Source of the DNA: a virus
Taxonomy: Duplodnaviria > Caudoviricetes
Virus record (IMG/VR): IMGVR_UViG_3300048121_001863
Span: 1 to 35,549 of that record
Reading direction: 5' to 3' (one strand)
DNA length: 35,549 nt
The notes under the pieces are model-generated. The model was given only the letters and a program-made list of their open reading frames with translations. It ran no database searches and had not been told where the DNA came from. Shown here in pieces: positions 1 to 9,950 of this stretch (the first letter of the stretch is position 1; each line of letters starts with the position of its first letter). The translations under genes and the position numbers were made by a program.

Positions 1-2
1 AA

Positions 3-2831
3 ATTACATTTACCGGTTCATTAAATCCAGGTTTTGAGGATGGTGATGCACAACAGGCATTATCCGTAACTTCATCTGGAGACTATGGATCCCTTACATA
101 TAACAGCGGTACCGGTTTATTTACTCATGTTGGAGTTAACGACTCTGACATTCGAGGATCTATCTCTGCAGCGGGCGATCTTGTTTATGACCAAACCACT
201 GGTCAAATAAGTTATTCAAAAAGAACAGACGCAGATATCAGATCTCTATTTAGCGGATCTAACGATGTAACATACGATCCTAATACTGGTAGCATTGATG
301 TAAACGTAGGACCGCACTATGGAGATAGCGATGCTCGTAATGTTTTCTCTGTTAATTTTATCGGTGATACTGCTTTCGATTCTAGCCCATATGGTGGGGC
401 TTCTTATAATGCTAGTACCGGTCTACTTACTATTAGTGGTACTACTGATTCGAACATTCGGAACTCCTTAACTGTACAAGACTCTGGCGGTTTAGGATCC
501 CTTACATATAACACTAAACAAGGTAGAATAGTCTACACTGGTCCAAGTGTTGCAGATGTTGCAGGAACACTCTCTGCAAATCTAGATCCGTTGTCTATGG
601 GTTTCTTTAACCTTGATTCTAATACCGGACAATTTACTTTTAGATTAGAAGACGATAGTGTACGATCACTTTTCAGTGTTGTATCTGATGATGAAGGTGG
701 AACAAGCCTAACATATGATTCTGCTACTGGCCAATTTGTATATAGCGGGCCAAGCGATTTAGACCTAAAAGGCAAAATTAGTGCTGTAGATGCCGGTGGT
801 GATGGATCATTCTCATACCATGAATCTTCAGGCGTCTTTACATATACTGGTCCAAGCCCGGCTGAAGCAAGAGCGCATTTCAATGCTGGCTTAGGAATAG
901 ATTATAATGAAGCTAGTGGTACATTTAGATTAGATAGTTCTGCTAACATTGTTACAGGTAGTATTGTTACAGGAAATTTAACTGTAAACGATTCAGCTAC
1001 CTTTAATAATGGTATTACATTAGCTGGTGGTGGAATAACAACTAACACAGTAAGTGGCGGTGATTCCTTTACTGATCTTAACCTTACTGGTAATATTAAG
1101 TTAAGCGGCGAACGCGTTTTAATTGATACGCCATTCTTCCATACTACTGATAATAGAATTATCTTTTCAGTAGATGATAGTAATCTCGATAATCTAAATG
1201 GTGGCGGTTTTATTCTTGGTGGTGGCAGCAACATTAAGCTAATGTTGTATGATAAAACGACAGATCAATTTGAACTTAACACCGGATTATCAGTTGCTGG
1301 CAATTTAACTGGGCCGACCGTTGATTCTATTAATAAGCGGATAGATGAACTACCTGACTCGGCCCAAATGAAAGGCATTTTGTCTGCTGGTCCTGGTTTA
1401 TCATATGACAATACTAACGGAATATATCGAATTATATCTTCTGGCGTAACAGCTGGAACATATGGTGATGCGACAAATGTTTCTCAGCTTACAGTAGACT
1501 CATTAGGAATTGTTACTGGAGCAGTTGATGTTCCTATATCAACAGTTAATGATTTTACATATGATTCCGCCACTGGTAATCTTAAGATTACAACTGCTAC
1601 TGATAGTTTTAATGTTGGAATTACATTAGATCCATTTACTACAAATAATCTTGTAGAAGGTCCTAATAATCTATATTACACTCGTGCACGATTTGATAGT
1701 GCATTAGATGATAGCACGTCTGAGACAAGAATACGTCAATATTTTAGAACAGATCTTGCATCTGATTCATCTCGTCAACAAGTAAGAAAATATATTAACG
1801 TTGGGCCTAGTCTGTCATATGACTCGGCAACTGGTAAGCTAACAACTAACCAAGCGCTTGACTCAAATAGTAACGTACGCTTTAATAATATTGTTCAGAC
1901 CGGGCAGTTACAAGGTCCAGCAGAGTTCATAATCGATCCAGCGGCTATCGGTGATAATACCGGTACAGTTAAGATCCTTGGTAACCTTCAGGTTGAAGGT
2001 GTACAAACGATTATTAATTCTACTACGGTTTCTGTCAATGACAAAAACATTATATTGGGTGACTCAGCAGCCGATTCATCTGCGCTACATGGAGCAGGAA
2101 TTACGCTAGGCGGAACAAACATTGTAGACAAACCATCGTTTACATATTCTCATGCCGGCCAAAGATTTGTATTTAATCGTAACATTCAAGCTGATAGTTT
2201 TTATGGTGACGTAACAGGCAATGTGACAGGTGACGTAGTTGGTAATCTTACTGGCAACGTAACTGGTCAAGTATCTGATATATCAAATCATAACACAGAT
2301 AGTCTTGCTGAAGGTTCTACAAATCTCTACTTTACAACTCAACGTGCAAGAAATTCTCTTTCGGTTGTTGACGCTGGTGGTGACGGAAGCTTTGTTTATG
2401 ATTCATCAGCTGGACAGTTTACTTATACTGGACCTAGCCCAACAGAAGCAAGAGCTCATTTTCAGGTAAATGATACTGGAGGAGATGGATCATTAGCATA
2501 CGATTCTGCTAGTGGTACATTTACTTACACAGGTCCATCCGAAACCGAATGGTACCAGCATTTTAAAGATAATGCGGATAGTTTCGGTGATCTTACTTTT
2601 GATTCGACATACGGATCAAAGGGTGGATTTTTATTAGATAATCGTCACATATTAAATAGAGATGAAGTTTACGCAGACTCATTTATTAATAACCAAGAAT
2701 ATTTCCTAATGTATAGTGGTACAACCGGTGGTAGATTAGTGAAAGTTAGAGGTGACACGCTTGCAAGTAAGATAGGCGGTGGCGGCGGAGGCGGTGCTGG
2801 TGGCGGTCTTTTAAGTTACGTTAATTTGTAA
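3..2831 (+). CDS. Large repeat-rich tail fibre/virion structural protein, 5'-truncated by the window edge
   Basis: I translated the frame of ORF 591..2831 upstream: it stays open to base 3 (ITFTGSLNPGFEDGDAQQALSVTSSGDYGSLTYNSGTG...), so the TTG at 591 is not the start. It carries recurring ~33-aa units SVxDxGGxGSLxYDSxTGxFTYTGPSxxExRAHF, TxxLxEGxxNLY(Y/F)TxxR motifs and GNVTG repeats typical of marine phage fibres. Confidence 0.8.
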   Translation: MTFTGSLNPGFEDGDAQQALSVTSSGDYGSLTYNSGTGLFTHVGVNDSDIRGSISAAGDLVYDQTTGQISYSKRTDADIRSLFSGSNDVTYDPNTGSIDVNVGPHYGDSDARNVFSVNFIGDTAFDSSPYGGASYNASTGLLTISGTTDSNIRNSLTVQDSGGLGSLTYNTKQGRIVYTGPSVADVAGTLSANLDPLSMGFFNLDSNTGQFTFRLEDDSVRSLFSVVSDDEGGTSLTYDSATGQFVYSGPSDLDLKGKISAVDAGGDGSFSYHESSGVFTYTGPSPAEARAHFNAGLGIDYNEASGTFRLDSSANIVTGSIVTGNLTVNDSATFNNGITLAGGGITTNTVSGGDSFTDLNLTGNIKLSGERVLIDTPFFHTTDNRIIFSVDDSNLDNLNGGGFILGGGSNIKLMLYDKTTDQFELNTGLSVAGNLTGPTVDSINKRIDELPDSAQMKGILSAGPGLSYDNTNGIYRIISSGVTAGTYGDATNVSQLTVDSLGIVTGAVDVPISTVNDFTYDSATGNLKITTATDSFNVGITLDPFTTNNLVEGPNNLYYTRARFDSALDDSTSETRIRQYFRTDLASDSSRQQVRKYINVGPSLSYDSATGKLTTNQALDSNSNVRFNNIVQTGQLQGPAEFIIDPAAIGDNTGTVKILGNLQVEGVQTIINSTTVSVNDKNIILGDSAADSSALHGAGITLGGTNIVDKPSFTYSHAGQRFVFNRNIQADSFYGDVTGNVTGDVVGNLTGNVTGQVSDISNHNTDSLAEGSTNLYFTTQRARNSLSVVDAGGDGSFVYDSSAGQFTYTGPSPTEARAHFQVNDTGGDGSLAYDSASGTFTYTGPSETEWYQHFKDNADSFGDLTFDSTYGSKGGFLLDNRHILNRDEVYADSFINNQEYFLMYSGTTGGRLVKVRGDTLASKIGGGGGGGAGGGLLSYVNL

Positions 2832-2848
2832 GTTGCAAATCAAATTTA

Positions 2849-2856
2849 TATAAATA
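2849..2856 (+). promoter_or_regulatory. T4-type late promoter (TATAAATA)
   Basis: Exact TATAAATA in the intergenic gap about 30 nt before the ATG at 2886. Confidence 0.8.
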
Positions 2857-2885
2857 AACAATAAATATCACAAAGTTTAGGTAAC

Positions 2886-3224
2886 ATGGCAGCATCATTT
2901 CAAACCAGTTTCGTTAAGAACGTAGGAAGCACAGAGGTAACTCTTTACACTGCTCCTGGCGGTCTAACTGGTAGGCATCTTATTGTTAGTCTTGTAACGA
3001 CTAACATATACGGATCCGCTTTACCTATTACGGCTAAACTAATAAGAGGTTCTGATACCGTTTATATGGCATATAATAAAAGAATTCTGCCAAATGACAC
3101 TGTTGATTTGTTAATAAATAACTCAAAGATTATGATTGAAGAAAATGACGAAATTAAAGTATCAGCTCCAGTCGATGATGCATTCAGTATTATCATGACA
3201 GTGGTAGAGGAAGTTGAAACATGA
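2886..3224 (+). CDS. Small beta-rich putative virion protein (112 aa)
   Basis: ATG after AGGT and a late promoter. The TLYTAP...ILPNDT pattern resembles small fibre-associated proteins of marine myophages. Confidence 0.65.
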   Translation: MAASFQTSFVKNVGSTEVTLYTAPGGLTGRHLIVSLVTTNIYGSALPITAKLIRGSDTVYMAYNKRILPNDTVDLLINNSKIMIEENDEIKVSAPVDDAFSIIMTVVEEVET

Positions 3225-3532
3225 GTTATGGTCACGATAACGAAGGCGGCGTTTATACGGGAACTTCATTCTCAGATAAAACATCTTATGGTTTTCAGCT
3301 TGATAGTGTTGGACATTTGAATGTGGAAGTTATTCGTCCACAAGATAGTGACACAGTAAAACTACCGTCTGCAAACCATACTGCATATTCTTCATATGTA
3401 GATTCAACAGCAACGGATTCAAACGTAACTTTTATGCATCCTGACGATTACAAAGCACATTTTTGGTCAGTAGATGCAATTACATTTAGATTTAATAACA
3501 GTACCGGCCATATCGAAATGGTCGTGTACTAG
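3221..3532 (+). CDS. Hypothetical protein (103 aa), probably structural
   Basis: ATGA overlap with the upstream gene, GAGGA RBS, position in a structural operon, 4 DS dipeptides. Confidence 0.7.
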   Translation: MSYGHDNEGGVYTGTSFSDKTSYGFQLDSVGHLNVEVIRPQDSDTVKLPSANHTAYSSYVDSTATDSNVTFMHPDDYKAHFWSVDAITFRFNNSTGHIEMVVY

Positions 3533-3549
3533 ATGGAGACATTAGTCCT

Positions 3550-6500
3550 ATGGCAACAATAATTGATTTAGGTAAAATCAGATTCGAATATCAAGGAGCA
3601 TATAGCGGCTCTAAGGTATACGAATGGAACGATGTAGTCAAATACGGTGGTAACGTATATGTCTATAAGTATGGAACTGCGACATCAGGTAATGTACCAA
3701 CCAATGCTACGTATTGGGATCTAATGATGGAAGGCTTCAATTTTGAAGGAGTCTATGATGCAGCTGCAACTTATAATATCGGAGACGGTTTCTCATATGG
3801 TGGTATTGTTTACGTTGTTACTGCAAACACCGTAACAGGTCAAACTCCTCCAAATGCTTCATACTATTCAAAATTTGTTGATGGTTTACAATATGAAGGT
3901 TCTTGGAGCAATGCTACAGCTTATCAATTGTCAGACATCGTTACTCACGGTGGTAGTTCTTATGTTGCCAAAAGAGATACTACTAATGAGATACCGAGCG
4001 CAGTTGATTCTGCTTGGGATATATTTGCTTCTGGTCTTCAGATTGAAGGAACCTATGGCGGCGGTACTCAATATCAGAAAGACGATATTGTAACTTATGG
4101 CGGTACAACTTATAAAGCTCTTCAAGATACAATAGGAACAGCTCCTTCTGCAGGCGCGCCTGTTTGGGAACAATTTGTCGCCGGCTTTGATTTAAAAGAT
4201 TCGTTTGACAGTGCTTCATCATATGTAAAGAATGACATTGTAAAATTTGGTGGAAATCTATTTAGAGCAAAAGGCGATATTGCTGGTACTCATCCGATAG
4301 ATACCATTTATTGGGAACCATTTTTAGATGGATTCTCATTTATAGGAAATTACGATGCTACTAGAAAATATTATCCAGGTGAAGTAGTTCTTGCTGGTGG
4401 TCAACTTTATGTTGCCTTGTTAGCTTCTACAGGTTCTACCCCATCCGCTACGCCGACTGCATGGCGCCTATTAATTGATAGTGTTAGTAATGGTGGAACA
4501 TGGGCGACAGCGCAAACTTATTTGCCTGGCACGTTGGTAAAATACGGTGGTACAACATATATCGTAGAACAAGCTCACACTTCAGGAACTTTTGCAACCG
4601 ACTTAAGTTCAAGTAAAATTGTAGCGTTTGCTGAAGGTGTTCGAAATAGAGGAACTTGGGGACAATCCACCCTTTATGTCGTGAACGATATTATTCAATC
4701 TGGTACATCATCGTACATTGCACAAAATACTCATACGTCGACGTCTAACTTTGCTAATGATGAGTCAGACGGTAGATGGACAGTCTTTGCTGCTGGTGGT
4801 TCAGGAGCTCTTCCTACAATTACTGCGGCCGATGTTGGCAAATCAATTACTGTTAAAAATGACGCGTCAGGCTTTTTGTTAGACTATACTGATAACTCAC
4901 CAAATACTTTTTATATATCTCCGGATGGAATCGATAGTGCGTCTTCAGGAGTATCAAAACAAAAACCATTTGCATCTGTACGTTATGCAATGGATCACAT
5001 TACTGCAAATAAAAATGTAGATTCAACTGCGGTGGTTCATATTGCCGAAGGAGCTTACGAAGAACAGCTTCCTATTACAATTCCAACAAATGTTACTGTG
5101 ATGGGCGCTGGCCAACGTAACTGCTTTATTAAACCACAAGCTGGCGATGAACAAAAAACCATGTTCTTATTGAACAATGGTGTCTTAATGAAAGAAGTTG
5201 TTTTATCTGGACTAACTGGATTTATTCCAGATTCTAATGGACCAGATCACATTGAAACAGCTACAGTCGGTGGTGTATTTTTACGACTAGATCCAGCTGC
5301 GGTAATTACAAAATCTCCTTATATCAAAGAATGTTCTGCCTTTTCAACCGGAGGTATTGGAGCAATTGTTGATGGTGGTTTGAATAACGATGCAAATAAC
5401 AATGGATCAATGGTATTCCACACATATACACAAATACACGATGGTGGTGTTGGTTTCTGGGTACGAAGAAATGGTAAAGCTGAAATCGTATCTTGTTTTA
5501 CTTACTATTGCGATTTCGGATATGCAACATCAGACGGTGGATTTATTAGGGCGCTGAACGGCAACAACTCTTACGGTCGTTATGGCGCTGTTTCATATGG
5601 ATTTGATTCTACAGAAACAACAAATAACGGTACTGTTCGTGGTTACAGCTTAGATTATAAAGACGGTACAAATATTGGTGGCGATTTCCAAGGAATCGTT
5701 CAATCACCTGATCGTCTAAAACAGGTTTCTTATGTAAATCGTACTAGCCCAATACGTATTGGTACAAAAACTCCTCACGGAATGGAAGACGGACGTCTTG
5801 TTAGAATTGATCCAATACTTCCAGCTTCTTGGGCAGCATTCGATGAAACTACAAAATATTATGCAGACGTAATTGATTCAAATAATTTCGATCTCTATAC
5901 TAACTCTGCATTATCAAATCCAGCGGATGGTACTTCGATTGGCGGAAGATCTGTAACACAAGTTTCAATAACTGACATTACTAGATCAAACCCAATGACT
6001 GCTACTGTTGCTTCGCACTCATTTGATAGCTGGGATTTACTACGAATTCAAAACGTTGGTGGTATGACTCAGGTTAACAATAGACACTTTAGCGTCTTTG
6101 GAAATACTGCTTCGACTATTGACTTAAGAGACGCGGATCACAGTCACATTGTAATGGCAAAATCTGGTGGCGATTATACACTAACTGGTTCAATGGCAGG
6201 CGTTAGCCATTCTGCAGCAGCTGATCCTGCGGTAACCATGTATCGTGGTTCTAAATATTTGTTTGATGTTGATTCATCGGTAAGCGATGCTTTCTACTTA
6301 ACGACTCAAGATTCTACAAGTTGGGGTGCGTCATCATTTAGCGGTGAATATACGACAGGTGTTAGAAACTCAAGAGCAACTGCTGGCGGTAGATTGGTTA
6401 TCCTAGTTGATAGCTCAGCTCCATCTGCGTTGTATTATGCAAACAGTGGTACGAATAGTATGCACGGTGCGATTACAGTTCAAGATCCGCCAAACACAAA

Positions 6501-7494
6501 TGCTACATCATATTCCGTATATACTTCTGGTGGTACATTAAGGCTTATAGACTCTGGAGATGATCTTGACTCAGCACAAATCTTTGCTGTTGGTGCACGA
6601 GCCGATGTTATTGATCATCAGCCTGGAGCAAATAAATTAATAATTGATAACATTATTGGAACAGGATTTATTGGTGGTGATTCTATATCAGACAGTGCTG
6701 GAATTGTAACTGCTATTTTGGCAGATAGCGATCCCGCTCATGATCAATATGGTTTTACTATGGCATTTACTGGTTTCTCAACATATAAGCCAAAAGCCGG
6801 TGGTTCATTACAATTTGAAGCTAACCTAGGTGACTCTGGATACGATTCAATTGGAAGTTATGTGATTCAAACAGTATCTTCTTATGACTCAGCGACCGGT
6901 AATGCTATCTTTGTATTCTCACAGGAAAAATTAGAGCAGAGACCAGCTCCAAAAGGACAACAAGTAAAAATCAGATATAACTATTCACAAGCAAGGCTTA
7001 CTGGCCATGACTTCTTGAATATCGGTACTGGTAACAAAACGCAGACAAATTATCCTGGAGATCCAAACCAACCTCCTGCGCAAGCTAACGAAGTGGTTGA
7101 ATTGGCTCAAGGCCGCGTTTACTACGTATCTACTGACCAATCTGGTAACTTTAGAGTTGGTAATTATTTTAGGATTGATCAGGCGACTGGTCGAGCAACA
7201 TTGGATGCATCTGCATTTGACCTTTCAGGTTTGACATCATTGCGGCTTGGTTCGATTGGTGCTCAGCTAGGTGCTTCTATTAACGAATTCTCAACGGACG
7301 GCACATTGTCTGGTAACTCAAACTTTGCCGTACCTACAGAACAAGCAGTTAGAACTTTTGTCGAAGCTAAATTAGAAGGAGCATCTTCATTGTCCTTACC
7401 TGCTAACGCTAAGTCCGGTGCATTAGCAACAGAGCTATTCATGGGATTTGATATTAAAGACTTAAACAAAAACGATGGTAAAAATCTTAAATAA
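3550..7494 (+). CDS. Large multidomain virion/tail fibre protein (1314 aa): N-terminal CBM5/12-like repeats, central beta-helix-like region, conserved marine-myophage C-terminal domain
   Basis: GGAG RBS. Eight GxW/Y...Y..xDxVxYGGxxY repeats; FYISPDGID...KPFASVRYA...HIAEGAYEEQLP opening typical of pectin-lyase-like folds; C-terminal RLTGHDFLNIGTG...GRVYYVSTDQSGNFRVG block. Confidence 0.75.
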   Translation: MATIIDLGKIRFEYQGAYSGSKVYEWNDVVKYGGNVYVYKYGTATSGNVPTNATYWDLMMEGFNFEGVYDAAATYNIGDGFSYGGIVYVVTANTVTGQTPPNASYYSKFVDGLQYEGSWSNATAYQLSDIVTHGGSSYVAKRDTTNEIPSAVDSAWDIFASGLQIEGTYGGGTQYQKDDIVTYGGTTYKALQDTIGTAPSAGAPVWEQFVAGFDLKDSFDSASSYVKNDIVKFGGNLFRAKGDIAGTHPIDTIYWEPFLDGFSFIGNYDATRKYYPGEVVLAGGQLYVALLASTGSTPSATPTAWRLLIDSVSNGGTWATAQTYLPGTLVKYGGTTYIVEQAHTSGTFATDLSSSKIVAFAEGVRNRGTWGQSTLYVVNDIIQSGTSSYIAQNTHTSTSNFANDESDGRWTVFAAGGSGALPTITAADVGKSITVKNDASGFLLDYTDNSPNTFYISPDGIDSASSGVSKQKPFASVRYAMDHITANKNVDSTAVVHIAEGAYEEQLPITIPTNVTVMGAGQRNCFIKPQAGDEQKTMFLLNNGVLMKEVVLSGLTGFIPDSNGPDHIETATVGGVFLRLDPAAVITKSPYIKECSAFSTGGIGAIVDGGLNNDANNNGSMVFHTYTQIHDGGVGFWVRRNGKAEIVSCFTYYCDFGYATSDGGFIRALNGNNSYGRYGAVSYGFDSTETTNNGTVRGYSLDYKDGTNIGGDFQGIVQSPDRLKQVSYVNRTSPIRIGTKTPHGMEDGRLVRIDPILPASWAAFDETTKYYADVIDSNNFDLYTNSALSNPADGTSIGGRSVTQVSITDITRSNPMTATVASHSFDSWDLLRIQNVGGMTQVNNRHFSVFGNTASTIDLRDADHSHIVMAKSGGDYTLTGSMAGVSHSAAADPAVTMYRGSKYLFDVDSSVSDAFYLTTQDSTSWGASSFSGEYTTGVRNSRATAGGRLVILVDSSAPSALYYANSGTNSMHGAITVQDPPNTNATSYSVYTSGGTLRLIDSGDDLDSAQIFAVGARADVIDHQPGANKLIIDNIIGTGFIGGDSISDSAGIVTAILADSDPAHDQYGFTMAFTGFSTYKPKAGGSLQFEANLGDSGYDSIGSYVIQTVSSYDSATGNAIFVFSQEKLEQRPAPKGQQVKIRYNYSQARLTGHDFLNIGTGNKTQTNYPGDPNQPPAQANEVVELAQGRVYYVSTDQSGNFRVGNYFRIDQATGRATLDASAFDLSGLTSLRLGSIGAQLGASINEFSTDGTLSGNSNFAVPTEQAVRTFVEAKLEGASSLSLPANAKSGALATELFMGFDIKDLNKNDGKNLK
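3580..4790 (+). repeat. Eight tandem ~46-50 aa aromatic repeats (CBM5/12-like)
   Basis: For example QGAYSGSKVYEWNDVVKYGGNVY, EGSWSNATAYQLSDIVTHGGSSY, EGTYGGGTQYQKDDIVTYGGTTY, RGTWGQSTLYVVNDIIQSGTSSY. Boundaries are approximate. Confidence 0.75.
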
Positions 7495-7526
7495 ATAGAG
7501 ATAACCAGATAAAAGGAAATTAAAAA

Positions 7527-7952
7527 ATGGCAAGCATTGATACAGTAAGAAATGCTCTTCTTGATAAGATCAATACGTCTATTGTTTCTGCAACACCAGA
7601 GCAATTAGCGTATCTTACAAAAGCAGCAAATGGTATCGAACAATCAACTACATGGTCAACTGATGCGGTAGATTTTAACGCAGATAGTTACGGTGGTCAC
7701 TTTGTAAATACGACTTCGGCAGCAGTAACTGCAAGTCTACCTTCAGTAGGCGGTAACACAGCCGGTGACGGTAAAATTACTTTTGTTGACTTAGCTCAAA
7801 ACTTTGCAACAAATAACTTTACTATTTCTCCGGCAACTGGTGAAAAAATTCTTGGACAAGATAGTGACATCCTTATTAATACTCAAGGTATTGCTGTACA
7901 GATTGTATGGTCTGGTGATACTTATGGATGGCAGTTTGTCGTACAAGGATAA
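7527..7952 (+). CDS. Tail-fibre-associated domain protein (141 aa), possible adaptor
   Basis: AAGGA RBS. Helical N-terminus, then NTTSAAVTASLP...FVDLAQNFATNNFTI...WSGDTYGW, a module I recognise from marine phage fibre proteins. Confidence 0.65.
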   Translation: MASIDTVRNALLDKINTSIVSATPEQLAYLTKAANGIEQSTTWSTDAVDFNADSYGGHFVNTTSAAVTASLPSVGGNTAGDGKITFVDLAQNFATNNFTISPATGEKILGQDSDILINTQGIAVQIVWSGDTYGWQFVVQG

Positions 7953-7977
7953 ATAGAAGAAAACCTAGGAATACACT

Positions 7978-8919
7978 ATGACAAAAAATTTAACTCAGTT
8001 CGTAAAAAGTTTAGGCGGAGGTGGCAGCGCGGCTGAATTTATGCCGCCTGATACCGCAGACTCTTATATTTTTGATGCGACGTCATATAGCTTGAATGAA
8101 TGTTCCTGTCAGTATGGTCAACAGGTCCACTCTTGGTGTGTTCCTCCTGGTATTTCTCAAGCTTCTTTTCATATTTGGGGCGCAGGAGGACCTGGCGCGC
8201 CCCTTGGCCAATGTGGTGTCGGTGTTCCAAGTGGATCTGGTGCGTATGCTTTTAAGACAGTTAGCGTGACGCCAGGAGAATGCTATAATATGGTTGTAGG
8301 GCACATGTGGTGTTGTTGTTCTGATGTTGCAAATACTGCGGTATGGAAAACAACTCCGGTTCAAAACGATGGCGGAAATTGGGCTGGTTACGGAAAAACT
8401 TATGTTACTGGTACAGGTTTAACAAACTTTTGCGCCGAGGGCGGATTTTCTGGAAATTTCGCTTGTTGTGATTTAACAGACTTTGCTACTACATTATTTG
8501 ATAGTTCTGAGGCTTATTACGGCCAATCTCCAAATGACTCTGCAGGTGGTCCTTATAGAGCTTGCTATTATGGAGCAGATGGCGGATTAAGAGGAAGAAA
8601 AGGTTATATCAATCCAAACGGCCTTGGTCCGGATCAACTTTGTAATTTTAGAGCATGGGTTCCACTACCAAATTGTAGCGTTTATGGCAAGTGCGGCGGT
8701 CACGCTTATCATGCTGCATGTTGTAATCAACACAATCCGCACGACAACTGGCGCCATTTTGCGGAGAATGTAGAGCAAGGCTATTGCGGTAATACTCAAT
8801 CAATGCAAAACAATTGGGATTATGCTGGAGCGGGATCAGGAATTGGAACAACATGTGGCGGAAATTGTTACTGTGGTGGTCGAGCTGGCGCAGGTAAAGC
8901 CAGAGTAATATTTAGGTAG
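7978..8919 (+). CDS. Cys/Gly-rich adhesin-like protein, type A copy 1
   Basis: MTKNLTQFVKSLG N-terminus; WGAGGxG, SGAYA, NFCAEGG, YYGAD motifs; CGGNCYCGG end; 21 Cys in 313 aa. Confidence 0.75.
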   Translation: MTKNLTQFVKSLGGGGSAAEFMPPDTADSYIFDATSYSLNECSCQYGQQVHSWCVPPGISQASFHIWGAGGPGAPLGQCGVGVPSGSGAYAFKTVSVTPGECYNMVVGHMWCCCSDVANTAVWKTTPVQNDGGNWAGYGKTYVTGTGLTNFCAEGGFSGNFACCDLTDFATTLFDSSEAYYGQSPNDSAGGPYRACYYGADGGLRGRKGYINPNGLGPDQLCNFRAWVPLPNCSVYGKCGGHAYHAACCNQHNPHDNWRHFAENVEQGYCGNTQSMQNNWDYAGAGSGIGTTCGGNCYCGGRAGAGKARVIFR

Positions 8920-8927
8920 GAGTTAAC

Positions 8928-9929
8928 ATGGCTAAGAATATAACAACCTTTGCTCCTGGTATGTCAGGTTCCCAGACAATCGGACTGAATCAATGGTACA
9001 ATGAAATACTTATGCCTGGTCAAGGCCAAACGCACAAATGCGGGCCTCGTAATGGGGAACAGGGGCAAAATAATCAAGTATGGAAAATTCCCTTTAACAC
9101 AGGTAAAGATGGCGCCAACGCCGGAAAAAAAGCAACCCAAGTAAAAATGTGGTTAGTTAATCCAGGCTCTCAAGGAGCTGGAATGAATTGTTGCGGTTGG
9201 GGTCCTCCTGGAGCTAGCGGGGCAAAGGCAGTATTTGATTTAGTGACTAGTGATGTCATGAGCACGATCGACGAAACGTCTGGAACCGGATGTTATCACA
9301 TTTGTACACCAAACGGCGGTTGTTGCGTTGCCGACGCTGGCGGTCAGCAAAGCTGTAGATGGCGAATCTATAATCACGATAGTGCTAAAACACTTTTTGC
9401 ATTTACTACTGCGACATGTGCGTGTAGTATTTGCAACTACTATAACAATAGCGTATGCAATGAAGTATGTTATGTGTCTGGTGGCGGAACTCGTCAATGG
9501 GACGGCTGTTGCACCAATTCAAGTATGGATGCATATTACTGTAAACCAGAAGCTTTCTGTCATGTGGCTGATTCAAAGTATATCCAGGCTGACTCTGACA
9601 TAAATATATTTAAACAACAAGGTGGCTTTGGGATTGCTTCTTGCTGCTTTGACAACGCTTACGCTAAGAAAATGGTGACGCCAGTTAACAGCTGGTGTAC
9701 GACAAAAGCTCATTATATATCAGTTGGCGGCCTTGGCAGGGATTGCAACAACCATGGTGGTACTCTAAACTGTAATTTTATGAAAATATGGGGTGGCGGC
9801 CAAGTGACGTACTCCCTGGGTGGAATATGTGCTGGCGGAATACCTGGTCAAACAGCTATTGCCGGCGGTGGGAACTGTTATTGCGGCGGTCATGGCGGGC
9901 CCGGATACTATATGATGTGGTATAAATAG
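8928..9929 (+). CDS. Cys/Gly-rich adhesin-like protein, type B copy 1
   Basis: MAKNITTFAPGM N-terminus, AGGAG RBS, GGNCYCGG end; 25 Cys in 333 aa. Confidence 0.75.
   Translation: MAKNITTFAPGMSGSQTIGLNQWYNEILMPGQGQTHKCGPRNGEQGQNNQVWKIPFNTGKDGANAGKKATQVKMWLVNPGSQGAGMNCCGWGPPGASGAKAVFDLVTSDVMSTIDETSGTGCYHICTPNGGCCVADAGGQQSCRWRIYNHDSAKTLFAFTTATCACSICNYYNNSVCNEVCYVSGGGTRQWDGCCTNSSMDAYYCKPEAFCHVADSKYIQADSDINIFKQQGGFGIASCCFDNAYAKKMVTPVNSWCTTKAHYISVGGLGRDCNNHGGTLNCNFMKIWGGGQVTYSLGGICAGGIPGQTAIAGGGNCYCGGHGGPGYYMMWYK
9921..9928 (+). promoter_or_regulatory. Possible internal late promoter (TATAAATA)
   Basis: Exact match overlapping the last codons and stop of 8928..9929, 22 nt before the next ATG. It could be coincidental. 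Confidence 0.5.
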
Positions 9930-9950
9930 TGCTAAGATTGGATAATATTA

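Noticed and set aside
533-1234. Minus-strand ORFs 533..883 and 902..1234, and similar antisense or alternate-frame ORFs throughout (for example 3854-4222, 8039-8854, 9981-11047, 29398-30008, 33751-34788)
   Set aside because: They lie mostly or wholly within well-supported genes and lack recognisable motifs; they are shadow ORFs.
591-2831. DS excess as a DNA-level enrichment of GANTC (CcrM methylation sites), since GAY-TCN spells GANTC
   Set aside because: About 9 of 26 DS pairs use AGY serine codons that do not form GANTC, so a protein-level explanation fits better.
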